Origin: a virus
DNA: 42,430 bases
Virus record (IMG/VR): IMGVR_UViG_3300031578_000123
Span: 1-42,430 of that record
Reading direction: 5' to 3' (one strand)
Part shown: positions 16,399 to 22,773 of the stretch, piece after piece
Numbering within the stretch: position 1 is the first letter of the stretch
Layout: the number at the start of each line of letters is the position of its first letter
The notes under the pieces: model-generated
What the model was told of the DNA's origin: nothing
Database searches by the model: none
What the model saw: only the letters and a program-made list of their open reading frames with translations
Position numbers and translations under genes: made by a program

Positions 16399-16730
16399 TA
16401 CTTGCCATCCTTCATATACCAGTATTTCTTGAACACCTCTGGCATCTCAGTCTTTGGTACTGAGCCAAGGTAATGACCTATCCAAAACATCACGGAAACC
16501 ATTTCTATTATGTCATCTGCTATCATTATTACCATTGGGTTCCTCATAGCGATGCCAGCTATAATGATGGAACTAGCAGAACGTAGTACCTCTTCCATAC
16601 TATCAAATGTTTCCTTGTCGTTTGACCTTAGGAAGTCAGCGTGGTTCTTGGATTCCTTGAGTAGCTCTAATGTGTCGACCCTCATCTCCTCAACAAACCC
16701 GTGTATATCTCCGAATTCATGCTTTTCCAT
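16398..16730 (-). CDS. Hypothetical protein
   Basis: 110-aa ORF with AAGGAGGAGCA RBS. Confidence 0.6.
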   Translation of the reverse strand: MEKHEFGDIHGFVEEMRVDTLELLKESKNHADFLRSNDKETFDSMEEVLRSASSIIIAGIAMRNPMVIMIADDIIEMVSVMFWIGHYLGSVPKTEMPEVFKKYWYMKDGK

Positions 16731-16740
16731 TGCTCCTCCT

Positions 16741-16818
16741 TTAATCTTTCAGAATAATTACCAAACAGATTACTGCTATGATTCCTAGAACCATCCCTAC
16801 TATTACCCGTTCTGTCAT
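16741..16818 (-). CDS. Micro-ORF, 25-aa TM peptide (MTERVIVGMVLGIIAVICLVIILKD)
   Basis: ATGA-coupled to the upstream stop; very short. Confidence 0.25.
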   Translation of the reverse strand: MTERVIVGMVLGIIAVICLVIILKD

Positions 16819-17084
16819 TCCTCTAACAGCTCCTCATACTCATCTTGGTCTAAGAAGCTGTCAAGATGCAAACCATCAATGATAGCTTCTACTGTTAGCT
16901 CCTTACCATTGGGCATTTTGATTATTCGGTCATGGATGCCTTGGTTAGCCAGCTTTATAGCTTCTTGGGCAATAGGGATAAATGACTTATGGATAGGTGG
17001 AAAGTGGTTACACCCTAGATGCCATTCCAATGCTTGTTCCTGTTTAAGTCTGCTTACCATTTCCTCTGCTTGTAATCTTCCCAT
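16815..17084 (-). CDS. Hypothetical protein (start MGRLQAEEM...)
   Basis: Internal ATG at 17084 preceded by TAGGAGGAACC; the track ORF extends to 17126. Confidence 0.55.
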   Translation of the reverse strand: MGRLQAEEMVSRLKQEQALEWHLGCNHFPPIHKSFIPIAQEAIKLANQGIHDRIIKMPNGKELTVEAIIDGLHLDSFLDQDEYEELLEE

Positions 17085-17092
17085 GGTTCCTC

Positions 17093-17260
17093 CTATTTGT
17101 ACCAGATGCAAATGACTATCACACACATATAACTCTCTGTCCCTGCATCCTGGGATTGGGTAATGTATTGGATTTTATTGGCTCTGTGATTTATCAACCA
17201 CCCATTGATTTCGACTTCTAATTTCTCACCATCCTGCCCTAAAAATATCTTTACCCTCAT
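17093..17260 (-). CDS. Small protein resembling Cse60-family proteins of Bacillota (55 aa)
   Basis: MRVKIFLGQDGEKLEVEINGWLINHRANKIQYITQSQ matches the remembered Cse60 pattern (MxVKxF...LExxxNxFL...I). ATGA-coupled with GGAGGTACA RBS. Confidence 0.45.
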   Translation of the reverse strand: MRVKIFLGQDGEKLEVEINGWLINHRANKIQYITQSQDAGTESYMCVIVICIWYK

Positions 17261-17646
17261 TGTACCTCCTCTCCTGTTTCATTGCAGATTGCCTTGTAAC
17301 GGAAGGCAGTATATTCCTCCCTCTCCACATGACACCTTTCTGGCACTGATAATTCAGTTATCCTTATTACAATGTCACCAATGGTTCCATCAACAGCGAA
17401 TTTACCACCGTAGCTACTCATTTTTGGTTCATCAAAAGTTGCACCTGCCTTTGAGCAGGTTTCCAAGGCTTCGTCGCCACCAAATAATCGGATTACCAAT
17501 TTCATGTCGGAATCGCAATCCGCAGAGCCATCCAATTCTTGGATTTCCTTTGGTAACAATTCCACCAATGCTCTGGCTTCCTCGGCTTCTCGTAACCACC
17601 TTATTCGGTCATGCATATTCCTTTTAGCTGTTTCCATTAAGTTCAT
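17257..17646 (-). CDS. Hypothetical protein
   Basis: 129-aa ORF with GGAGGTAATA RBS. Confidence 0.6.
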   Translation of the reverse strand: MNLMETAKRNMHDRIRWLREAEEARALVELLPKEIQELDGSADCDSDMKLVIRLFGGDEALETCSKAGATFDEPKMSSYGGKFAVDGTIGDIVIRITELSVPERCHVEREEYTAFRYKAICNETGEEVQ

Positions 17647-17831
17647 ATTACCTCCTTTTCATATGCCATTATATCATCCATGTCAAATAAGTACCCACAT
17701 CTGATGCACCCAAACTTATCATGTTTGCCCGACCAGAACAGTCCTCCACCACACAGTGGACATTCATGCCAATGTTCTCCCACTATATCGAGTCCTATGA
17801 GTTCTGGGTCTTGGGTGATTTCATTATCCAT
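17643..17831 (-). CDS. Zinc-ribbon protein
   Basis: CPLCGG...CIRCG in 62 aa. Confidence 0.6.
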   Translation of the reverse strand: MDNEITQDPELIGLDIVGEHWHECPLCGGGLFWSGKHDKFGCIRCGYLFDMDDIMAYEKEVI

Positions 17832-17834
17832 TTG

Positions 17835-18254
17835 TCATTGTTCCCTCCCTTCTTTTATTACCTCAAGCATTGTGCATCGTTGGGCTACAACAGTTTTTGT
17901 GGTATTCCTAGTATCCCTACGACCATAGCCATTTCCGAAATGCCAGTGTACTTCCCCATAGGCTATTTGGTTCTTGAACCCTACCTTACATAATGCAAGA
18001 TTTGGGTAGTGTGTCAGGATTCTCTCGGCATCCTTTCTTTTAGTGAAGATGTGGAACCCACCTGGATATCTGTCTTCCCAGCCAGCCATGGGAACAGAGT
18101 CCTTATCCGCATCTGAGAACCTAGTCATTGATATAGGAATAGTTTTAGCATTATTCATTCCAGTGGTGTAGCTACCATCTATTCCTGACCATCGTAGTAA
18201 TTTATAGCCTTTGCTACCTGTGAATTTTCTGCCAAACTTTACCGCCAGGCACAT
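17835..18254 (-). CDS. Unknown-family protein, paralog A (N-terminus MCLAVKF)
   Basis: About 45% identity by eye to 18724..19089 (MCLA.K..RKF.G..G.KLL, GFHIFT.(K/R)(K/R)DA.RI..H(Y/F)PNL.LCKV.FK.Q..YGEV.W). Confidence 0.65.
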   Translation of the reverse strand: MCLAVKFGRKFTGSKGYKLLRWSGIDGSYTTGMNNAKTIPISMTRFSDADKDSVPMAGWEDRYPGGFHIFTKRKDAERILTHYPNLALCKVGFKNQIAYGEVHWHFGNGYGRRDTRNTTKTVVAQRCTMLEVIKEGREQ

Positions 18255-18265
18255 TTTATACCTCC

Positions 18266-18469
18266 CTATTGTTCATATTCTATTGTTGTTACCTTATTAA
18301 CCAGTTCCATTTCCACCCCACAATCCTCACACATGAATACATGGTTATTTGGCAAATACCAATAATCCCTAACATTGCCAGAGTATTCCGCTCCACACAC
18401 GGGACAGTGGAGTATCTTGTTGTCATATGTGAATATTTGGTCCTCCATGTTGGACTTAATTGCCCTCAT
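18266..18469 (-). CDS. Zinc-ribbon protein
   Basis: CPVCG...CEDCG in 67 aa. Confidence 0.6.
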   Translation of the reverse strand: MRAIKSNMEDQIFTYDNKILHCPVCGAEYSGNVRDYWYLPNNHVFMCEDCGVEMELVNKVTTIEYEQ

Positions 18470-18478
18470 GTTACCTCC

Positions 18479-18721
18479 TTATGATAGGAACGCTTCCTCA
18501 TTTATCATCCATGTTTTGCCGTTTATGGACACCTTGATGAAGCTCTTATCCTCTAAGTTGTATAGCAACCTCATTACCATTGGAACGGGCAACCCAGTTA
18601 CGGTTGATAGCATAGCTGGGTTGGCTCCCTCAAGCTGGTCCAATACTCTAAGGACTGTATCCTCAGCGAATCTCTTGCCACCTACCTCATCCATCATGGG
18701 ATTATATCTCCTTCTTAGCAA
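18479..18721 (-). CDS. Winged-helix DNA-binding protein candidate
   Basis: VLRVLDQLEGANPAMLSTVTGLPVPMVMRLLYNLEDKSFIKVS resembles MarR/wHTH topology. Confidence 0.55.
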   Translation of the reverse strand: MLRRRYNPMMDEVGGKRFAEDTVLRVLDQLEGANPAMLSTVTGLPVPMVMRLLYNLEDKSFIKVSINGKTWMINEEAFLS

Positions 18722-18723
18722 AT

Positions 18724-19089
18724 CTATATTAGCTTACAGTATTTAGCCACTACCGTGGTGGTTGGGTATCCCCAAGTCCATGCCACCTCACCGTAAACCT
18801 CTTGGCCTTTGAATTGCACCTTACATAGGTGTAGGTTGGGGAAATGCTTCCATATACGCAAAGCATCCCTCTTCCTTGTGAATATATGGAACCCTGCTGG
18901 GTAATGGAATGATGGTGACATAAGATTATTACTTTCTATTCGTTCTTCACCAGCATCAGCCCAATCCTTTCCTATCTGTATCACACTAACATACAACATC
19001 CCTGTTTGGTAGGTGCCATTCTGTTTGGCTAATAGCTTCCATCCTCTGTTTCCTTTAAATTTCCTATCATACTTTATTGCTAAACACAT
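18724..19089 (-). CDS. Unknown-family protein, paralog B (N-terminus MCLAIKY)
   Basis: Paralog of 17835..18254. Confidence 0.65.
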   Translation of the reverse strand: MCLAIKYDRKFKGNRGWKLLAKQNGTYQTGMLYVSVIQIGKDWADAGEERIESNNLMSPSFHYPAGFHIFTRKRDALRIWKHFPNLHLCKVQFKGQEVYGEVAWTWGYPTTTVVAKYCKLI

Positions 19090-19100
19090 TGTTTACCTTC

Positions 19101-19373
19101 TTAGCAAACTTCCACTGTGGTGCCAGGAACCCTACACCTTCTGGCTAAGTAGTTCCTAGCTATCCTAGCAGCATCCTTCCAGCTTTTGCCTGACCCTACC
19201 GTGAAGAAGAAGTTTAGTGTCCATGACCCCCATTTGATTCTATTACCTGGACCTGGGTGGTCATCTTCCTCTCCGTAGTGGTCTGGAGTAAACTCTCCGC
19301 CAGACTTTGCACCACCATCCCAGTAACCATGTTGTGGCTTGGGGAATGTAACCCTTATTGTTGGTACTTTCAT
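19101..19373 (-). CDS. Hypothetical protein
   Basis: 90-aa ORF with GGAGGTAGT RBS. Confidence 0.6.
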   Translation of the reverse strand: MKVPTIRVTFPKPQHGYWDGGAKSGGEFTPDHYGEEDDHPGPGNRIKWGSWTLNFFFTVGSGKSWKDAARIARNYLARRCRVPGTTVEVC

Positions 19374-19389
19374 ACTACCTCCTATGACC

Positions 19390-19560
19390 TAAGATTTCCT
19401 TGGCTTCACCACATTTAGACTAACCTTAAGGTCGGTATCAACTACCGATATGAAGCCGTTGGTGGTAGCTACTACCAATGTTTTGCCGCTGGAGCTTGGT
19501 ACTCCTGAGCTAATCGTGGCGGTGATGGTAAGTTTGTCACCTTCTAGTTTTATGTCCATG
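19390..19560 (-). CDS. Small hypothetical protein (56 aa, MDIKLEGDKLTITATISSGVPSSSGKTLVVATTNGF...)
   Basis: GGAGGTAAC RBS before the ATG at 19560; below the track cutoff. Confidence 0.5.
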
Positions 19561-19584
19561 TTACCTCCTTCCTTGATTGTGGTT

Positions 19585-19788
19585 CTATTTTGTTTCCAAC
19601 TCTATGGCTATGTCAACCAGGGTATTCTTCCATTCATCAAACGCATATCGGTAACCATCCATCCAGTCATGATTGCTAGAGAAAGAGTTGGGACTACTTG
19701 TTGTGTGTTTCCATGTAAGGAGTCTAGCATCCATCCTTTCCCTAGCTAATTTTAGTATGAGTTTGGTTTCATTCCCTACCTCTGCCAT
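19585..19788 (-). CDS. Hypothetical protein
   Basis: 67-aa ORF with GGAGGTAAACC RBS. Confidence 0.55.
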   Translation of the reverse strand: MAEVGNETKLILKLARERMDARLLTWKHTTSSPNSFSSNHDWMDGYRYAFDEWKNTLVDIAIELETK

Positions 19789-20075
19789 TGGTTTACCTCC
19801 TTATCTCCTTATTAGTTAATCAGGTAACTGTATTTATGGTGGCCAATATCGTATGTAGCCATATAGGGCAAGGGCTAGGCAAGAAACTATCCACAATGCT
19901 GCCACCAACCAACCACAATCTCCGTCCTTTTTTGCATCCACCTTAACCTCCTTTTTCCTACTAATTTCTCTTAATCCATAGTATTACTTCCCACCATTGG
20001 CTATCAGCCATTTCTGATAGGTATTGCCAGTCCTTCCCCTGTTCACCCTTCAACACCACTATGGCTAGTGCTATG

Positions 20076-20324
20076 CTATTGGCTGTTAACCTTTCCTGCA
20101 TTGATTATTACCACCTTTCCATTCCTGTGTGCTGGGTTCCTGTGTCTCATTGGCATTGGGGTATTGCCCTCCAGTAAGTCTAAGGTATATTGCAGCATAG
20201 CTTGGCGGACTGGTTTACCTAGTAACCTATTGAAAGCTGCCCGTTCCTGGATTTCCTCTCTGAGGGTTTGTTTCCTCTCCTCGGAGAGTTCTCTGATTGT
20301 GGCTGATATTTCCCTTGATTCCAT
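20076..20324 (-). CDS. Hypothetical protein
   Basis: 82-aa ORF adjacent to the upstream gene. Confidence 0.6.
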   Translation of the reverse strand: MESREISATIRELSEERKQTLREEIQERAAFNRLLGKPVRQAMLQYTLDLLEGNTPMPMRHRNPAHRNGKVVIINAGKVNSQ

Positions 20325-20325
20325 G

Positions 20326-20562
20326 TTACACCTCTGGTACTTTAGTTACCTTGAGAGCTACGCCGATAAGGTCTCTAGGAATCAATCCCTCAAAGTAGGA
20401 AGAGAATACGATGTATTTGCTTCCATCACCGTTGTCATAAAAGGCAAAGCTTTCATAACAGTTGTCGGCTACAACCTCACTGTTACCCTTCCCATCGGTG
20501 TAGAGAAGCTCAGGATTGCCGCTGTCTGGATTGAGTCTGCCTGTGAAAGTATTATGATTCAT
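20326..20562 (-). CDS. First early leftward gene, hypothetical (start MNHNTFTGRL...)
   Basis: Internal ATG at 20562 preceded by AAAGGAGGTAAGACAG; the track ORF extends to 20610. Confidence 0.6.
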   Translation of the reverse strand: MNHNTFTGRLNPDSGNPELLYTDGKGNSEVVADNCYESFAFYDNGDGSKYIVFSSYFEGLIPRDLIGVALKVTKVPEV

Positions 20563-20652
20563 CTGTCTTACCTCCTTTTGCCTGACCTTTAAGCCCTTTG
20601 TTCCTTGCATTTACTTCTCGCTTCCCTGTTCCTTATCATTTCTTAGTATCTT

Positions 20653-20682
20653 ATTATAATTCCTAGCTATTGATGCTGTCAA
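20653..20682 (-). promoter_or_regulatory. Consensus promoter TTGACA-N18-TATAAT (early leftward)
   Basis: -35 at 20682..20677 and -10 at 20658..20653 on the minus strand, about 85 nt upstream of the 20562 start. Confidence 0.7.
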
Positions 20683-20696
20683 TAGACCAGATGTTC

Positions 20697-20710
20697 GGCT
20701 CATATGTTCT
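20697..20710. promoter_or_regulatory. Box GGCTCATATGTTCT (minus strand AGAACATATGAGCC), just upstream of the early-left -35
   Basis: Direct reading; same family as 13168, 20799, 20900, 21587 and 21644. Confidence 0.5.
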
Positions 20711-20733
20711 AATCCCCCAGGGGGCGGCTTCAC

Positions 20734-20791
20734 TTGACATAATACCACCGATTGACATAATGTTGCTTGACATAATCCTAGTTGACATAAT
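20734..20791 (+). repeat. Decamer array: TTGACATAAT x4 (20734, 20752, 20767, 20782); degenerate TTACATAAT at 20829
   Basis: Direct reading; spacings of 18, 15 and 15 bp. Confidence 0.95.
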
Positions 20792-20798
20792 ACCAACC

Positions 20799-20825
20799 AG
20801 AACATATGTTTCGCACTGGTGTTCT
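20799..20825. promoter_or_regulatory. Two abutting boxes AGAACATATGTTTC and CGCACTGGTGTTCT
   Basis: Direct reading. The first overlaps a possible -10 (TATGTT, 20805-20810) 17 nt after the TTGACA at 20782. Confidence 0.45.
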
Positions 20826-20899
20826 AGGTTACATAATGTTCCCGAAAATGGCGGTTTTGTTGCCCCTTGCTGAATTTTCTCTAGTGACCAGCTATGGTT

Positions 20900-20913
20900 A
20901 GCACATTTGTTCT
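20900..20913. promoter_or_regulatory. Box AGCACATTTGTTCT lying 1 bp from the -35 of the moron promoter
   Basis: Direct reading; near-inverted copy of the box at 21587-21600. Confidence 0.5.
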
Positions 20914-20914
20914 A

Positions 20915-20943
20915 TTGACAACCTTTAGCTAAGGTGTTAAGAT
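20915..20943 (+). promoter_or_regulatory. Promoter candidate TTGACA-N17-TAAGAT for 20997..21530
   Basis: Direct reading. A minus-strand TGATACAAT (20950..20942) overlaps its -10. Confidence 0.5.
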
Positions 20944-20996
20944 TGTATCATAGCATTAGATGGTAAGTGCTAAATAAAATACGAGGAGAGTGAACA

Positions 20997-21530
20997 ATGA
21001 ATGCAAAGGAACTTAGAGACAACCTGGCTATGGTTGCCAAGACAGGCGAAGTAGCCAATATCCGAGCTGCTGTAAAGGCTTTGGATGAGGCTGAGAAAGC
21101 CGAGGCTAAGGCACTAAAGGCAAAGGCTGATGCTAAGTGGGCGGAACAGTCCGCAGCCCGTACAGAGCTTACACAGCGTCTAGAGCAATCTTTGGGCGAA
21201 GTGTCGGGCAAGTTTAGAACCGAGATTTTGAAAGTCGTGGGCGAGGATGAAGCCTTGCTAAGGTTCACAATAGACTACAAGGCCAAGACCAGTTCTTGTA
21301 GCATTGTGCGAACCGTGGCTAAGGCCAGGGGTACAGGCAACGGCAAACACGGTAAGATACAAGCTCTGTTTGAGCAATATGCCACCGCCGGGGAGAGGGC
21401 GGCATTGGCAAAGGCAATCGAAGATGCCAGAGTGGAGGACGCCCTGTGCAGGGTGGATGCTATTGAATGGAAACATCGCACCAATGTCAAGAAGCGATTG
21501 CTACTTGAAGGTACAATTCAAGCTGAATAG
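20997..21530 (+). CDS. GC-rich moron protein of unknown function (177 aa, Ala/Lys/Glu-rich helical N-terminal half)
   Basis: ACGAGGAGAG RBS; own promoter and terminator; base composition visibly more GC-rich than the rest of the genome. Confidence 0.75.
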   Translation: MNAKELRDNLAMVAKTGEVANIRAAVKALDEAEKAEAKALKAKADAKWAEQSAARTELTQRLEQSLGEVSGKFRTEILKVVGEDEALLRFTIDYKAKTSSCSIVRTVAKARGTGNGKHGKIQALFEQYATAGERAALAKAIEDARVEDALCRVDAIEWKHRTNVKKRLLLEGTIQAE

Positions 21531-21541
21531 TTATCACAAGG

Positions 21542-21574
21542 CGGGGGGATGCCATCACTCCCCGTCTTTCTTTT
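21542..21574 (+). terminator. Intrinsic terminator (G/C stem plus TCTTTCTTTT)
   Basis: cggggggatgccatcactccccg stem-loop followed by a T-rich run, 12 nt after the stop codon. Confidence 0.6.
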
Positions 21575-21586
21575 ATGCCTGTGATT

Positions 21587-21600
21587 AGAACATTTGTGCT
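21587..21600. promoter_or_regulatory. Box AGAACATTTGTGCT
   Basis: Direct reading; near-inverted partner of 20900-20913. Confidence 0.5.
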
Positions 21601-21624
21601 ACTTCTCGCCACCAGCCACAATAG

Positions 21625-21657
21625 TTGACATAATACCAGCATTAGAACATTTGAGCT
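21625..21657 (+). promoter_or_regulatory. Single TTGACATAAT (21625-21634) followed by box AGAACATTTGAGCT (21644-21657)
   Basis: Direct reading; same decamer-then-box order as at 13.1 kb and 20.8 kb. Confidence 0.5.
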
Positions 21658-21725
21658 AGGGTACGGGTGACGACATTATGAGGTATGGGCTTGATTTAGG
21701 ACCACTCTCGCAAATTTACTTTCCC

Positions 21726-21910
21726 TATAACCAAATCCATGATGATAACCAAATCCATGATGAGCAATCATTACATTATAACCAAATCCATTTTGATTGG
21801 TTTATTAGCCAAGATGGTTTCGGAATCCCAGATGAGCAATACATTCATTTCATGGTTTAATCATCTGGTATTACCTCATCTACATTTTATCCATTCATGG
21901 TTTAATCATA
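21726..21910. repeat. Iteron-like repeat field (candidate replication origin or protein-binding platform)
   Basis: AACCAAATCCAT x3 (21729, 21747, 21780), GATGAGCAAT x2 (21759, 21831), TTCATGGTTTAATCAT x2 (21849, 21894), AT-rich, between convergent units. Confidence 0.45.
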
Positions 21911-21994
21911 TACCTGAATGCCCAGATGGAATATGTTAATGCAAACCAGAATCTTCTAAACCAGTTCATTTATCCCTCCAAATTATCCAAATCC

Positions 21995-22231
21995 CTATCG
22001 TAAGGATGGAACATATGGGGCTTCATGCAAAGTTTTTCCTATTGCCATCAGGCAAGTATCCTGTGTGATGGGAAACAATCTTGTCTTATCACACCATTTG
22101 CACCAGAATTCACCATATCCATTTCCATTCTTGGATGGTATCTGAATCCAGAAATGGGCACCTGTGGGTGACTTGTCACACTTCCACAGACCATCTTCTA
22201 TGTAGTTGGTATAGATTCCTTTATTATCCAT
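21995..22231 (-). CDS. Hypothetical Cys/Trp-rich protein
   Basis: 78-aa ORF; overlaps the upstream gene by 34 nt; weak RBS. Confidence 0.5.
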   Translation of the reverse strand: MDNKGIYTNYIEDGLWKCDKSPTGAHFWIQIPSKNGNGYGEFWCKWCDKTRLFPITQDTCLMAIGKTLHEAPYVPSLR

Positions 22232-22611
22232 TTTGCGGGTGTGCCTCCAATATCTCTCATTTCCTCAGCTATCTTGTCCATCTCTGATTCTAGCCTGATG
22301 GATTCCAATATATCATCGGGGAACTTTTTCAATCCATTCTTCCTCTGTTTGAACCTATTGTATCTCCTGATGAGTAGGTATCTTTTCCTAGCATCTTCTG
22401 ATGACATGGGCAATTTCTTCCTGCCACGGATTCCTGGTGTGTAGGGATTATTATTAAGATACGCCATGCCATTGTCTACCCAGCATTGTGGGTGGAAATA
22501 CATCCTGTAAGTCCTATCACTTTTTTTGGTCTGCCCGATTACCATAGGAGTAGATGCCTCAATCTGGTGTTCACAGTAATGGCATTTGGTGGTTCTCTTG
22601 CACCATGTCAT
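22198..22611 (-). CDS. Zinc-finger plus basic-region protein (possible regulator)
   Basis: CKRTTKCHYCEH...FHPQCW followed by an Arg/Lys-rich segment; TAGGAGGCAAATAAAATTG RBS; first gene after a consensus promoter. Confidence 0.6.
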   Translation of the reverse strand: MTWCKRTTKCHYCEHQIEASTPMVIGQTKKSDRTYRMYFHPQCWVDNGMAYLNNNPYTPGIRGRKKLPMSSEDARKRYLLIRRYNRFKQRKNGLKKFPDDILESIRLESEMDKIAEEMRDIGGTPAKWIIKESIPTT

Positions 22612-22651
22612 CCAAACATCAATTTTATTTGCCTCCTATCCATCTGCTTAT

Positions 22652-22681
22652 ATTATAATACCTTAGTCAGCTATAAGTCAA
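22652..22681 (-). promoter_or_regulatory. Consensus promoter TTGACT-N18-TATAAT (leftward)
   Basis: -35 at 22681..22676 and -10 at 22657..22652 on the minus strand. Confidence 0.7.
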
Positions 22682-22682
22682 G

Positions 22683-22748
22683 ATGACATAACACTCAATG
22701 GTTGACATAATACTAAATATCCGAGTTGACATAATGACTTGACATAAG
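22683..22748 (+). repeat. Decamer array: ATGACATAAC (22683), TTGACATAAT (22702, 22726), TTGACATAAG (22739)
   Basis: Direct reading. The first copy lies back-to-back with the leftward -35. Confidence 0.9.
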
Positions 22749-22767
22749 ATTATCAACATGATACAAT
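22739..22767 (+). promoter_or_regulatory. Promoter TTGACA-N17-TACAAT with extended TGn -10 (rightward)
   Basis: TTGACATAAGATTATCAACATGATACAAT. The -10 ends 6 nt before the ATG at 22774. Confidence 0.7.
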
Positions 22768-22773
22768 AATATC

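Noticed and set aside
20734-20791. Regularly spaced direct repeats that might be taken for a mini-CRISPR array
   Set aside because: The repeats are only 10 bp and the spacers 5-8 bp. The word is a -35/-10-like promoter sequence that recurs at other promoters, and there are no cas genes.
20611-20873. Track ORFs 20611..20805 (-) and 20670..20873 (+)
   Set aside because: They lie entirely within the promoter, decamer and box region. Their periodic peptides (LCQ repeats) are a by-product of the DNA repeats, and they have no RBS.
20948-21490. Three minus-strand ORFs antisense to the moron (20948..21268, 21258..21476, 21275..21490)
   Set aside because: These are shadow ORFs typical of GC-rich coding DNA, with low-complexity Ala/Ser-rich products and no RBS. 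The + strand ORF has an RBS, a promoter and a terminator.
21678-21939. Track ORFs 21678..21860 and 21739..21939 (+)
   Set aside because: They are driven by iteron repeats (repetitive NQIHD peptides), lack an RBS and sit after a terminator. The region is better read as non-coding repeat DNA.
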